Origin: Gaiellales bacterium
GTDB taxonomy: Bacteria > Actinomycetota > Thermoleophilia > Gaiellales > Gaiellaceae
Assembly (NCBI GenBank): GCA_038237865.1
Contig: JBBRYG010000005.1
Location: 113,384-177,383 of the forward strand
Direction: 5' to 3'
Length of the DNA stretch: 64,000 nt
Shown: in pieces, positions 10,081-19,860 of the stretch
Numbering within the stretch: position 1 is the first letter of the stretch
Layout of the letters: each line of letters begins with the position of its first letter
Position numbers and translations under genes: made by a program
Notes under the pieces: generated by a model
Databases searched by the model: none
What the model saw: only the letters and a program-made list of their open reading frames with translations
What the model was told of the DNA's origin: nothing

Positions 10081-11367
10081 TCAGCCCCGCTGAGCGACGG
10101 CTTCGACAAGGTCGTAGAACCCGGGGAAGCTTATAGCGACGGCCTCGGCGCCCCCGACCTCGACGCCCTCCCGCGAGAGGAGGCCCGCAACCGTGGCCAG
10201 CATCGCGACCCGGTGATCGCCGGTCGACTCCATCGTCCCGCCGCGCGGCCTCGACGGGACCCCCCGCACCGTGAAGCCATCGTCCCGCTGCCGGATGTGG
10301 ACTCCGAGCGTGTGCAGGCCGTGGGTCACCGCTTCGATCCGGTCGGACTCCTTCAGCCGAAGCTCACCCGCCCCGCGAACGCGACTCTCCCCCCGCGCGA
10401 AGGCCGCCGCCAACGCGAACAGCGGAAGCTCGTCGACCAGGCGTGGCACCTCCTCCGGCCCGATCTCGGTTCCGACGAGCTCGGCGGAGCGCACCTCGAG
10501 GTCGCCGACCGACTCGCCGGCTGACGTCCTGCGGTTGAAGATCGAGATCCGCGCCCCCATCCGCTCCAGCACGTCGATGAGCCCGGTGCGGCGCGGATTC
10601 AGTCCGACGTCGTGGATCGTCAGTTCCGACCCGGCCAGGAGAGTCGCCGCGACGATGAAGGGAGCCGCCGCGGAGATGTCGCCCGGAATCCGCACCTCTC
10701 CGAGCCGGAGCCGGGCTGCGGGCTCGACGGAGACTGACTTGGGGCGGCGCCGGACGCGGACGCCGGCCGCGGCGAGCATCAGCTCGGTGTGATCCCGCGT
10801 CGGGGCCGGCTCGATCACCGTCGTCTCGCCATCGGCGTTGAGAGCCGCCAAGAGCAGCGCAGACTTCACCTGGGCACTCGCGACGGGAAGGGCGTAGTCG
10901 ATGCCATGGAGAGACCCCGAGCCTTCGACGACGATCGGAGGAAGGCCGTTCGTCGTCTCCACGTTCGCTCCCATCCGGGCAAGCGGCTCCGCGACCCGAT
11001 CCATGGGGCGCGTGCTGAGGGAGTCGTCGCCGACCAGCTCGAAACGGCCTTCCTGTCCCGCGAGGATCCCCATCAGCAGGCGCATCAGCGTCCCGGCGTT
11101 CGCGCACTCGATCACCCCCTCCGGCGGTCGGAGACCGCGCAGGCCGGCGCCGCGGACGAGCAGCTCGTCGTCGCCGACGACGTCGACCTCCACGCCGAGG
11201 GCGCGCACGGCGACAACCGTGGAGCTCGTGTCCTCCGACGCCCCGAAGCCGCGAACGCGGGTCTCGCCCTCGCAGAGCGCGCCGATCAACACTGCGCGAT
11301 GAGAGATCGACTTGTCGCCCGGCACTGCGATATGCCCGACGAGCGTGCCGGCCGGCTCGATCCTCAT
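10081..11367 (-). CDS. aroA: 3-phosphoshikimate 1-carboxyvinyltransferase (EPSP synthase)
   Basis: Begins 'MRIEPAGTLVGHIAVPGDKSISHRAVLIGAL'. The ATG at 11367 overlaps the tyrA stop as ATGA. The track ORF extends to 12117 through the Arg-rich reverse reading of tyrA. Confidence 0.95.
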   Translation of the reverse strand: MRIEPAGTLVGHIAVPGDKSISHRAVLIGALCEGETRVRGFGASEDTSSTVVAVRALGVEVDVVGDDELLVRGAGLRGLRPPEGVIECANAGTLMRLLMGILAGQEGRFELVGDDSLSTRPMDRVAEPLARMGANVETTNGLPPIVVEGSGSLHGIDYALPVASAQVKSALLLAALNADGETTVIEPAPTRDHTELMLAAAGVRVRRRPKSVSVEPAARLRLGEVRIPGDISAAAPFIVAATLLAGSELTIHDVGLNPRRTGLIDVLERMGARISIFNRRTSAGESVGDLEVRSAELVGTEIGPEEVPRLVDELPLFALAAAFARGESRVRGAGELRLKESDRIEAVTHGLHTLGVHIRQRDDGFTVRGVPSRPRGGTMESTGDHRVAMLATVAGLLSREGVEVGGAEAVAISFPGFYDLVEAVAQRG

Positions 11368-12461
11368 GTCCCGGCGTCGAGCACGACGCTGACGACGACG
11401 TGGTAACCCTGCGCCTCGAGCAGCACCTGTGCACGGCGGGCGTCGCCCTCGCCGCCGACGAGCACGGTGAGCGTGCCGCCGCGCTCGCGGGAGAGGTGAT
11501 GGAGCTCGAAGTCCTCGATGTTGATGCGCTCGGCGCCGAGGGCCTGCGTGATCCCCGCGAGGATGCCCGGCCGGTCGGGGACGTGGATGCGCAGGCGGTG
11601 CAGCGTGCCCGGCTCGTCGTAGGCATCGGCCAGCATTCGCCTGCGGTTGCCCGACGCCTCGGCGATCCACCGCGCGAGGAAGCCGGCATCGCCCTGCGCG
11701 AGGGCCGCCTCGAGCTGCTCGACACGCCGGCGGTGCTCGGCGAGCGCCCCGGTGAGCGCCTCCGCGTTGTCCAGGAAGATGTCGACCCAGATCCGCGGGT
11801 TGGCGCCCGCAACACGGGTCATGTCCCGCAGAGATCCTCCGGCGGCGTCCAGCGGATCGTGTCCGTCGATCCGGGCGGTGCCCGCCTGGTTCAGGAGGAG
11901 GTTCGCGAGCGCGTGCGGGAAGTGGCTGGTCAGTGCGACAAGGCGGTCGTGAGCGTCGGGGTCGACGGCGACCGGCACCGCGCCGAGCGAGGAGACGAAG
12001 CCGTGCAGGGCCCGGTAGCGCTCCGGCTCCGTTGCGGCGACGGGGGTCAGGAACCACGTCGCGCCTTTGAACAGCCCGGCGCTTGCGTGAGCGGGCCCGC
12101 GCGCTTCCGAGCCGCACACCGGATGCCCGCCGATGAAGCGCCCGTTTCCGACGGAGCGCGCGACCGGGCCCTTCGTCGAGCCGACGTCGGTGACCGTCGT
12201 GGCGTCGCTGCTGGCGCCGAGCACCGCGTCGACCTGCGCCGGAAGGACGGCCACGGGTGCGGCGACGACCGCGAGCTCTGCGCCCACGACCGCGTCGGCG
12301 AGCGACGTCGACGGCCGGACCGCTCCGCGCTCGGCGGCGACGGACAGTGCCTCGTCGTCGACGTCCCAGCCGCGGACGTCCTCCACCCCCACGTCGCGCG
12401 CGGCCAGGCCGACGGACGCCCCGATGAGGCCTGTGCCGACCACTGCGAGGCTGCGAACCAC
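11364..12461 (-). CDS. tyrA: prephenate dehydrogenase with C-terminal ACT domain
   Basis: Rossmann N-terminus 'LAVVGTGLIGASVG', 'GGHPVCGSE', and an ACT-like tail 'LRIHVPDRPGILAGIT'. Confidence 0.9.
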   Translation of the reverse strand: MVRSLAVVGTGLIGASVGLAARDVGVEDVRGWDVDDEALSVAAERGAVRPSTSLADAVVGAELAVVAAPVAVLPAQVDAVLGASSDATTVTDVGSTKGPVARSVGNGRFIGGHPVCGSEARGPAHASAGLFKGATWFLTPVAATEPERYRALHGFVSSLGAVPVAVDPDAHDRLVALTSHFPHALANLLLNQAGTARIDGHDPLDAAGGSLRDMTRVAGANPRIWVDIFLDNAEALTGALAEHRRRVEQLEAALAQGDAGFLARWIAEASGNRRRMLADAYDEPGTLHRLRIHVPDRPGILAGITQALGAERINIEDFELHHLSRERGGTLTVLVGGEGDARRAQVLLEAQGYHVVVSVVLDAGT

Positions 12462-12543
12462 GAGCTACGCGGCGCCGTTGTCAGGGCGCACGGGGTCCGC
12501 CCGTGAGCCCTGCAAGGACCGGTCGATCCAACGGAGATCCAAC

Positions 12544-13899
12544 CTAGGCTGCCCTCATCAGCTCGGCAACGCGAAACGCGAGGTCGAGCGACTGGCGTGC
12601 GTTCAGCCGCGGGTCGCAGAGCGTCATGTAGCGGGAGTCGAGCTGCCCCTCGTTGACCGCCTCCGAGCCGCCGAGGCATTCGGTCACGTCGTCGCCGGTG
12701 AACTCGATGTGGACGCCCCCGGGCCACGTGCGTTCCTGGCGATGAGCGGCGAAGAACCCCTCGATCTCCGCCAGGATGGTGTCGAAGTGCCGAGTCTTCC
12801 GGCCGTTCTCGCTCGTGAAGCCGTTCGCGTGCATCGGGTCGCAGATCCAGACGGCCGGGTGCTCAGCCTCGCGCACCGCGCGCAGCAACGGGGGCAGCAA
12901 CTCGAAGACGCGGTCGGCGCCCATCCGGGTGATCAGCGTCAGACGACCCGGGATCCGCCCGGGATTGAGGCGTTCGCAGAGCGCGAGCACCTCCTCCGGC
13001 GTGACGCCGGGGCCGAGCTTGACCCCGACCGGGTTGTGCACGCCGCAGAAGAACTCCACGTGCGCCCCGTCCGGCGCCCGGGTCCGCTCGCCGATCCAGA
13101 GCATGTGGGCGGAGCAGTCGTACCAGTCGCCGGTGAGCGAGTCGCGGCGGGTGAGCGCCTCCTCGTACTCGAGCAGGAGACCCTCGTGACTCGTCCAGTA
13201 GTCGACCTGGTGCAGCTGGGGCTCGTCGTGGAGGTCGATGCCGCAGGCGGCGAGGAAGCGCAGAGCGCGCTCGATCTCGGCGGCCAGCGCCTCGTAGCGG
13301 CGGCCTTCCGGCGAGGAGGCGACGAACTCCTGGTTCCACGTGTGCACCTGGAAGAGATCGGCGAATCCGCCCTTGGTGAAGGCGCGGACGAGGTTCAGAG
13401 TCGCGGCGGCCTGGTGATAGCCCTGCTGCATCCGCTCGGGGTCGGCGCGGCGGGCATCGAGCGTCGGGGCCTCTCCGTTGACCATGTGGCCCCGAAAGGA
13501 CGGGATCTCCTCCTGTCCGACACGCTCGGTCGAGGAGGAACGGGGCTTGACGAACTGCCCCGCGATCCGGCCGACCTTGACGACCGGCAGCGTCGCGCCG
13601 TACGTCAACACGGCCGCCATCTGGAGCATGATCTTCAGCTTCTCGCGAATCGCGATCGCGGAGAACTCGTCGAACGACTCGACGCAGTCCCCGGCCTGGA
13701 GCAGGAACGCGCGGCCCTCGGCCACTTCTCCGAGCGCCGCACGCAGCGCCCGAGCCTCCCCGGCGAAGACGAGCGGCGGCATCGCCGCGAGCCTGGCGTG
13801 CACGGCTTCGACGCGTTCGGCGCTCGGATAGTCGGGCTGTTGCGCCGCACCGAGGGAGCGCCACGAGGAGGGAGACCAGGTTGAACCGCTGACAGCCAT
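12544..13899 (-). CDS. aroG: class II 3-deoxy-7-phosphoheptulonate (DAHP) synthase
   Basis: 451 aa. 'WRSLGAAQQPDYP', 'FLLQAGDCVESF' and 'RIAGQFVKPRS' are typical of plant/actinobacterial class II DAHPS. Confidence 0.93.
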   Translation of the reverse strand: MAVSGSTWSPSSWRSLGAAQQPDYPSAERVEAVHARLAAMPPLVFAGEARALRAALGEVAEGRAFLLQAGDCVESFDEFSAIAIREKLKIMLQMAAVLTYGATLPVVKVGRIAGQFVKPRSSSTERVGQEEIPSFRGHMVNGEAPTLDARRADPERMQQGYHQAAATLNLVRAFTKGGFADLFQVHTWNQEFVASSPEGRRYEALAAEIERALRFLAACGIDLHDEPQLHQVDYWTSHEGLLLEYEEALTRRDSLTGDWYDCSAHMLWIGERTRAPDGAHVEFFCGVHNPVGVKLGPGVTPEEVLALCERLNPGRIPGRLTLITRMGADRVFELLPPLLRAVREAEHPAVWICDPMHANGFTSENGRKTRHFDTILAEIEGFFAAHRQERTWPGGVHIEFTGDDVTECLGGSEAVNEGQLDSRYMTLCDPRLNARQSLDLAFRVAELMRAA

Positions 13900-13927
13900 C
13901 GAATCCCAGGATACTTTTCGCCTCGCG

Positions 13928-14911
13928 ATGCGGATTTTCTCCGGTATCCGAGCCTCGGGCGAGAAGACGCTCGGGAACTACAGCGGCGGCTTTCGCCAGT
14001 ACGTGGCCACCCAGGAGCAGGGAGACGCCTTCTTCTGCATCGTCGACCTCCACTCGATCACGACCCCTTACGAGCCGGAGGAGCTCCGGGCGAACACACT
14101 CTCTCTCGCGGCAATGCTGTTCGCGACCGGGCTCGACCCCGACCGCGCGACGGTCTTTGCGCAGAGCCACGTGAGCGCGCACGCCGAGGCCGCGTGGCTG
14201 CTCGGGGCGGTCACCGCCTTCGGCGAGTTGCGGCGAATGACCCAGTTCAAGGACAAAGCGGCCGAGCAGGACTTCGTTTCCGCCGGCCTCTTCACCTATC
14301 CGGTGCTGATGGCCGGAGACATCCTCCTCTACCAGACCGACATCGTCCCGATCGGCGACGATCAGCGCCAGCATCTCGAGCTGACGCGGGACGTGGCCGA
14401 CCGGTTCAACCAGCGCTACGGCGAGACGTTCGTCGTACCGCGCGGCGTCTATCCGGGCGAGGGCGCGAGGGTCAAGAACCTCCAGGAGCCGGAACGCCTG
14501 ATGTCGACGACGCGCGGCGCTCCGCAAGGTGTTGTGCGGATGATCGATCCACCGGACGTCGTGCGAAAGAAGTTCAAGAGCGCGGTCACCGACTCTGGTC
14601 GGGACGTGCGCCACGACCTCGAGGCAAAGCCGGGCGTCTCGAACCTGATCGAGATCCTGGCGGTCGTCACGGGCGATTCGATCCAGGCGATCGAGCGCCG
14701 CTACGACGGTGCCGGTTACGGCCAGTTCAAAGAGGACGTGGGCGAGGCCGTGGTCTCGCTGCTCGGGCCGATCCAGAAGCGCTACGAGGAGCTCCGCGCG
14801 GACGAGGCCGAGCTGCGCCGGCTGCTGGCGGTCGGTGCGGAGAAGGCGCGGGCGGCGAGCGCCCCGACGCTCGCCGCAATGGTGGAGCGAATGGGCTTCG
14901 TCACTCCCTGA
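13928..14911 (+). CDS. trpS: tryptophan--tRNA ligase
   Basis: 327 aa. 'SGIRASGEKTLGNY' is the HIGH-region equivalent, with 'GDDQRQHLELTRDVA' and a KMSKS-like 'RLMSTT'. Confidence 0.95.
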   Translation: MRIFSGIRASGEKTLGNYSGGFRQYVATQEQGDAFFCIVDLHSITTPYEPEELRANTLSLAAMLFATGLDPDRATVFAQSHVSAHAEAAWLLGAVTAFGELRRMTQFKDKAAEQDFVSAGLFTYPVLMAGDILLYQTDIVPIGDDQRQHLELTRDVADRFNQRYGETFVVPRGVYPGEGARVKNLQEPERLMSTTRGAPQGVVRMIDPPDVVRKKFKSAVTDSGRDVRHDLEAKPGVSNLIEILAVVTGDSIQAIERRYDGAGYGQFKEDVGEAVVSLLGPIQKRYEELRADEAELRRLLAVGAEKARAASAPTLAAMVERMGFVTP

Positions 14912-15581
14912 GCCGCGCGACCTCCGCCTCCGACAGCTCCCGCCACTCCCCCTTCCCCAGCCCGTCGAGCCCGAGGCCCGCGTAAGCGCTGCGATGCAAC
15001 CGCCGCACGGGATGTCCGACCACCTCGCACATCCGCTTCACCTGGTGCTTTCGACCCTCGTGGAGGACCAGCTCGAGGATCCCCGGACCGAGGAGCCGGA
15101 CGCGAGCCGGCGCGGTCACCCCGTCCTCCAGCTCGACTCCCTCCTGTAGCCGCCGCAGAGCTTCCGCGTCGGGCCTCCCGTTGACCTCGGCTTCGTAGAC
15201 CTTGTCGACGCCGTAGCGTGGATGCGCGAGCCGGTGCGCGAGCGGCCCATCGTTCGTCAGCAGCAGCGCGCCGGTCGTATCGGCGTCGAGGCGCCCCACC
15301 GGCACGACCCGCTCCGGCAGGTCGACGAGCTGGACGACGGTCGGACGCCCCTGCGGGTCGCGCGCCGTCGTCACCGTCCCCGGTGGCTTGTGCAGGAGCA
15401 CGTACGCGAGCCGCTGGACGGAGACGCCCGCTCCGTCCACGGCGACACGATCGAGCCGCCCGACAAACGTGTTCAGCTGGCCCGGTTCGCCGTTCACGGT
15501 CACCCGCCCCGCTTTGATCAGCTCGTCGGCGCCGCGACGGGAGGCGACGCCCGCGCGGGCGAGATAGGCGTTCAGTCGCAC
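14901..15581 (-). CDS. RsuA/RluB-family pseudouridine synthase
   Basis: S4 domain 'MRLNAYLARAGVASRRGADELIKAGRVTVNG' and catalytic motif 'VGRLDADTTGALLLTNDG'. Confidence 0.88.
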   Translation of the reverse strand: MRLNAYLARAGVASRRGADELIKAGRVTVNGEPGQLNTFVGRLDRVAVDGAGVSVQRLAYVLLHKPPGTVTTARDPQGRPTVVQLVDLPERVVPVGRLDADTTGALLLTNDGPLAHRLAHPRYGVDKVYEAEVNGRPDAEALRRLQEGVELEDGVTAPARVRLLGPGILELVLHEGRKHQVKRMCEVVGHPVRRLHRSAYAGLGLDGLGKGEWRELSEAEVARLRE

Positions 15582-15603
15582 GCCGCGTATATTCGCTGGG
15601 GCC

Positions 15604-15894
15604 GTGCCGCACTACATCTCCCTGATGCGCTGGACCTCGCAGGGACTGGCAGGACTGCCCGGCTGGCGCGAGCGGGTGGAGGAGGGTGAGCGGACGATCG
15701 AGGAAGCGGGTGGCAAGCTCGTCGGCGTCTACGTCACGCTCGGCCGCTACGACGTCGTCGAGATCTTCGAGGCGCCTGACGACGACGTCGCAGTCGAGAT
15801 CCTGATGAAGCTCCAGCGCTACGGCGCCGAGCACACCGAGACGCTGCGCGGCTTCACGCGTGACGAGGCGGAAGCGATCGTCAAGAGGCTTTGA
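15604..15894 (+). CDS. GYD-domain protein
   Basis: 96 aa. 'YISLMRWT..G.......GGKLVGVYVTLGRYDVVEIFEAPDD' matches the GYD family pattern. Confidence 0.75.
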   Translation: MPHYISLMRWTSQGLAGLPGWRERVEEGERTIEEAGGKLVGVYVTLGRYDVVEIFEAPDDDVAVEILMKLQRYGAEHTETLRGFTRDEAEAIVKRL

Positions 15895-16289
15895 GCGGCG
15901 CGACGTTCACGACGCTGGAGGAACTGGACGACGGCTACGGCTTCCGAAAGGTGCGCGGCGCGCTCGGCGTCACCGCCTTCGGGGTGAACGCGGTCGTGAT
16001 GCCGCCCAACTTCGAGGGGTTCCTCCACTACCACGACACCCAGGACGAGCTCTATTTCGTCCATCGCGGTCGGGCTCGCTTCGAAGTCGACGGCGAGACG
16101 CGGGAGGTCGGCGAGGGCGGACTCGTCCACGTCGAATCGACGACACCCCGGCGGGTCTCGAACCCAGGCGAGAAGGATCTCGTGCTGCTCGTCGTCGGGG
16201 GAAAGGACGGGTACGTCGAGCGGGACGGCCATCTCGTCGATCCGGAGCGCGACCTCCAGCGGCGGAAGTCGTTCGGCGCAAGCGGTTGA
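15891..16289 (+). CDS. cupin-domain protein
   Basis: 132 aa with the cupin motif 'HYHDTQDELYFVHRGRARFEVDGE'. The TTG start overlaps the GYD stop. Confidence 0.75.
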   Translation: MSGATFTTLEELDDGYGFRKVRGALGVTAFGVNAVVMPPNFEGFLHYHDTQDELYFVHRGRARFEVDGETREVGEGGLVHVESTTPRRVSNPGEKDLVLLVVGGKDGYVERDGHLVDPERDLQRRKSFGASG

Positions 16290-17035
16290 GCACAGGCCCG
16301 ACGCGGGAAGACCTCGAGCGCTCCCGCTACTTCCTGACCGATTGGATGCCGCCGCTCCTCCGCCGCACGGCCGAGCGAGATCCACCGCAGGAGCTCGCGG
16401 ACCTCGGAGCCGGCGACGGCGGGACACTGTGGCCGCTCGACCGCGCCGGCCTCGTCGGCGAGACGATCTACGCCGTCGACATCTCCCGGCAGCACGTCGA
16501 GCTCTGCGAGCGGCTCTCGCCGAAGGTGCGCGGGATCGTCTCGGACGTCGCGCACGTCGGTCAGTTGGACGAAGGCTCGATCGACGCGGTGGTCTCGTCG
16601 CAGGTGATCGAGCACCTGCCTGACGACACCGTGCTCGCGCCGGAGATCGCCCGCCTTCTCCGACCCGGCGGCTGGTTCTACGTGGCGAGCGTGATCCGCG
16701 GGCCGCACGCGTTCTGGCTCTACCGCGGCAAGCCGCCGGCACCCGAGCGCTGGCAGCTGGACCCGACCCATATGCGCGAATACGAGTCGGAGGCGCACTT
16801 TCGCAGGGTGCTCGAGCATCCCGAGCTCGAGCTCGACGTGGTGCGCTCGAGCCAGCTCAAGTTTCCGCTGACGGACTTCCTCGCTCGTGCGGCGGCCGCG
16901 GCGCGGCTGATCCCCTCGTGGAAGCTGCCGGAGCTGTACCTGAACCTTCCGCCTTGGGCCGCCCGGGCCCGACGGGCGATCGGCGTCCCGATCCCGGGCT
17001 ATCGCTGGGTCGAGGCCACGGGCCGCCGCCGCTGA
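16286..17035 (+). CDS. class I SAM-dependent methyltransferase
   Basis: Motif I 'LADLGAGDGG' and 'VVSSQVIEHLPD...LLRPGGWFYV'. The start is uncertain: TTG at 16286 overlaps the cupin stop, and an alternative ATG is at 16346. The track ORF start at 15860 is rejected. Confidence 0.75.
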   Translation: MSTGPTREDLERSRYFLTDWMPPLLRRTAERDPPQELADLGAGDGGTLWPLDRAGLVGETIYAVDISRQHVELCERLSPKVRGIVSDVAHVGQLDEGSIDAVVSSQVIEHLPDDTVLAPEIARLLRPGGWFYVASVIRGPHAFWLYRGKPPAPERWQLDPTHMREYESEAHFRRVLEHPELELDVVRSSQLKFPLTDFLARAAAAARLIPSWKLPELYLNLPPWAARARRAIGVPIPGYRWVEATGRRR

Positions 17036-17182
17036 CGTCGTGCGAAGGATCACATGTCACACGCGCGCGGGAGCCTTTTCCCCCGGGGGACCCCCCTTAG
17101 GTACCCCGCTGGTTTCAGCCTAACGGCGAAACACGCACGCGTGGGTGCCGAATCTGTGCCGCTTTCGGTCCTAGCGGCGGCT

Positions 17183-17785
17183 TCAGGCGCTGCGCTGCTC
17201 GGCGACGCCGTGCAGCCTTGCCCGGATCGTGTCGATGTCCTCGCCGGCATCGTCGAGTCGCGGTAGCTGCGAGAGGCTCTCGAGCCCGAAGACGCGCTCA
17301 AAGAGCGGGGTCGTGCGGTAGCGCACCGCGCCGCCGGGGCCGTCCTCCCGCCCTGCCTCCGCGATCAGGCCGCGTTCCACCAGGCCGGCGACAGCGGAGT
17401 CAGCCGCCACCCCGCGGATCCGCGCGATCTCCGGCCGCGTGCACGGCCCGAGGTAGGCGACGATCGCCGCCGTCTCGAGGGCCGCCGGTGAGAGGCCACG
17501 CTGAACCGGCCGCTCGAACAGGCGGGCGCAAGCCTCGGCGGCGTCACGAGCTGCACGAAACGCCCATCCGCCCGCGACGTGCTCGAGCACGATCCCGCTC
17601 CGCCCTTCGCGATAGCGCTCGCCGACGAGGCCGAGCGCTGTCTCGACCCGCTCGGCGTCCTCGTTCGTCGCATCCGAAAGGTCTTCGAGTGAGAGGGGGG
17701 CGCCGGCGACGACGAGCAGCGCCTCGAGCGTACGCGCGAGCCGGTCGAGCGGGTTGGCGGTGATCAGGCGGAGCGGACGTTCCAC
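17183..17785 (-). CDS. scpB: segregation and condensation protein B
   Basis: 200 aa. 'LEALLVVAGAPLSLEDL' and 'GIVLEHVAGGWAFRA', with a tandem wHTH pattern. Confidence 0.9.
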   Translation of the reverse strand: MERPLRLITANPLDRLARTLEALLVVAGAPLSLEDLSDATNEDAERVETALGLVGERYREGRSGIVLEHVAGGWAFRAARDAAEACARLFERPVQRGLSPAALETAAIVAYLGPCTRPEIARIRGVAADSAVAGLVERGLIAEAGREDGPGGAVRYRTTPLFERVFGLESLSQLPRLDDAGEDIDTIRARLHGVAEQRSA

Positions 17786-18612
17786 GCAGGAGTCCTTTCG
17801 TTCGAGGCTGCGGTTTCCTCCCGGGTGACCCGGATCGGGGCGAAGGGCGCCGCCTGGCTGATGGAGATCTCGTTTGCGCGCCGCAGGTCGAGGAGCGCGA
17901 GGAACGCGACAGCCTGGTCGACGCGCGGGAGCCCGTCGACCTCGGCGTCGAAGTCGAACCGCGAGCGGCGGCGCAGCAGCGCCTGGAAGCGCTGGACGAA
18001 CTGCGCGACCGGAGGGAAGCGAAGCGCCATGTGCGAGAGTGAGACGGCGGGAGGCTCCGCCGCCAGCAGCCGGAGCGCGGACGCCAGACTCGCAGGATCC
18101 TGCGGCGTCAGGGGCCGCTCGGGCTCGGGGGCGAACGGCGCGGGGCCGAGGCGGAAAAAGCGGTCGCTCTCCCTTTCGAGCCGCTCGGCCAGCCAGCCCG
18201 CGGCGTTCTTCATCCGGCGGTACTCGGCCAGCCGCCGGGCGAGCTCCTCCGCCGCCTCCTCCGGCTCGAGCTCGGAAAGCTCGGCGTCCTCCTCCGGGAA
18301 GAGCGCACGCGCCTTCAGCTCGAGGAGGGCCGAGACCAGGACGAGAAACTCGCCGCAGGCGTCGAGGTCGAGTTGCCGAGTGTTGGCGAACGGAGCTGCA
18401 GCTGCTGCGGCGCTACCGTCGGTCTGTCCACCATGTGCTTCCGGCGAAACCGGACGCGTAGCGTGTTCCGCCAGCCGCTCGACGAACCGGACGACGATCC
18501 CGGCGACGTCGACCTCGGAGAGGTCCAGCTCCTCCTTGAGGACGAGCGTCAGGAGCAGGTCGAATGGGCCCTCGAAGGCGTCGAGATCCAGCTCGAGCTC
18601 GCGCACGATCAC
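17764..18612 (-). CDS. scpA: segregation and condensation protein A (kleisin)
   Basis: The GTG start at 18612 gives 'VIVRELELDLDAFEGPFDLLLTLVLKEELDLSEVDV', a canonical ScpA N-terminus. It overlaps scpB by 22 nt. Confidence 0.9.
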   Translation of the reverse strand: MIVRELELDLDAFEGPFDLLLTLVLKEELDLSEVDVAGIVVRFVERLAEHATRPVSPEAHGGQTDGSAAAAAAPFANTRQLDLDACGEFLVLVSALLELKARALFPEEDAELSELEPEEAAEELARRLAEYRRMKNAAGWLAERLERESDRFFRLGPAPFAPEPERPLTPQDPASLASALRLLAAEPPAVSLSHMALRFPPVAQFVQRFQALLRRRSRFDFDAEVDGLPRVDQAVAFLALLDLRRANEISISQAAPFAPIRVTREETAASNERTPAWNVRSA

Positions 18613-18622
18613 GGGAAAGAAC

Positions 18623-19504
18623 CTAACGGCCGGTGCGGACGCGGCCCTTCGGGACGGCCATGGCCGAGCCGTGAGGGATGACGGGCGTCGCGCGAGGGCG
18701 ATCCCGCCCGGTCTCGCGACGAAGCAACTGCCACCAGATGAAGAACGCGGTCGAGAGGACGAACAGCACGATCGACACATACGCGTTCAGGCGCAGCGGA
18801 CCGTACTCGTGCGCGGGATCGATCCGCAGCAGCTCCTCGAAGAAGCGGCCGAAGGTGTAGATCGAGATATAGAGAGCGAACAGGGCCGGCCGCTTGATCC
18901 GGAAGATGCGGTCGACGAGCAGCAGGATCGCCACTCCGCCGAGGTCGTAGATGAACTCGTACAGAAAGGTCGGGTGGAAGGTGTGATGCCCGAAGTAGCC
19001 GGGCGGGACGTGCTGGTCGTCGATCTCGAGGCCCCAGGGCCGGCTCGTCGGCTTGCCGAAGAGCTCCTGGTTGAACCAGTTGCCCCAGCGCCCAATCCCC
19101 TGCGCGAGCAGAATGCCGGGCGCGGCGGCGTCCAGCATCAGCCGCACGCTCTGACTTGCCCGGCGGACGACCCAGGCACCGGCGAGGCAGCCGAGCAGGA
19201 TCCCGCCCCAGACGCCGAGCCCACCCTGCCAGACCGCGAACGGGCCCCACCATTCGTCCGGGACTTCGTTCCAGCTGGTCACGTCGTGGTACGCGCGAGC
19301 GCCGACGATGCCCGCCGCGACCCCCCAGACGGCCATCCGGAAGATCAGGTCCCAGTCGCCTCCCCAACGCACCCAGCGGTATCCGGTCAGCGCGATCGCG
19401 CCCGCGATCGCGAGCAGCAGCATCAGCCCGTACATGTGGATCGTCAGCGGGCCGAGGTCGATCGTGCCCGAGTGCGGGGACGGAATCGAGGCGAGCAGGG
19501 TCAC
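18623..19504 (-). CDS. lgt: prolipoprotein diacylglyceryl transferase
   Basis: 293 aa, polytopic. 'IHMYGLMLLLAI', 'GARAYH', 'GNWFNQELFG' and 'HPTFLYE'. Confidence 0.93.
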   Translation of the reverse strand: MTLLASIPSPHSGTIDLGPLTIHMYGLMLLLAIAGAIALTGYRWVRWGGDWDLIFRMAVWGVAAGIVGARAYHDVTSWNEVPDEWWGPFAVWQGGLGVWGGILLGCLAGAWVVRRASQSVRLMLDAAAPGILLAQGIGRWGNWFNQELFGKPTSRPWGLEIDDQHVPPGYFGHHTFHPTFLYEFIYDLGGVAILLLVDRIFRIKRPALFALYISIYTFGRFFEELLRIDPAHEYGPLRLNAYVSIVLFVLSTAFFIWWQLLRRETGRDRPRATPVIPHGSAMAVPKGRVRTGR

Positions 19505-19543
19505 GGGCAGTGATTCTGCCCGGAGACCGAAGAGCCTGCCTGG

Positions 19544-19753
19544 CTACAGAAGAATCTGCAGCGCGAGGTCGGCCGGACAGCCCAGCTCGAGCAAGTCCGT
19601 TGCCTTGTGCAGGTCGATGTCGTGCCGGGCCGCGATCTTGGCTGCCTCGCGAGGGCCGTAGCCCGCCCGCTCGAGCGCTTCCGCTCGCCAGGCCTCGATC
19701 AGACCGGTCTCGCCACGAATCTCGGTATCAGCCGCAGTCATGATTTCCTCCAC
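19544..19753 (-). CDS. small hypothetical protein
   Basis: 69-aa ATG ORF with balanced amino-acid composition and no recognisable motif. Confidence 0.45.
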   Translation of the reverse strand: MEEIMTAADTEIRGETGLIEAWRAEALERAGYGPREAAKIAARHDIDLHKATDLLELGCPADLALQILL

Positions 19754-19860
19754 CCTCTTTCTTCGGCTGGAGCGACGAAACGGTTGTCCCCTTCCAGGGG
19801 GATTTCTGGGAGGGTTTGGTGGAACGTCGCTCGTCGTGGGGTGGGATGGTCGTTCCGAGG

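Noticed and set aside
12133-14614. Long ORFs at 12133..13884 (+) and 12863..14614 (-) overlapping the DAHP synthase and trpS genes.
   Set aside because: They are shadow ORFs of well-supported genes on the opposite strand or frame, with no motifs.
17825-19513. A 562-aa plus-strand ORF opposite scpA and lgt.
   Set aside because: It is antisense to two clearly recognisable genes and is Ser/Arg-rich.
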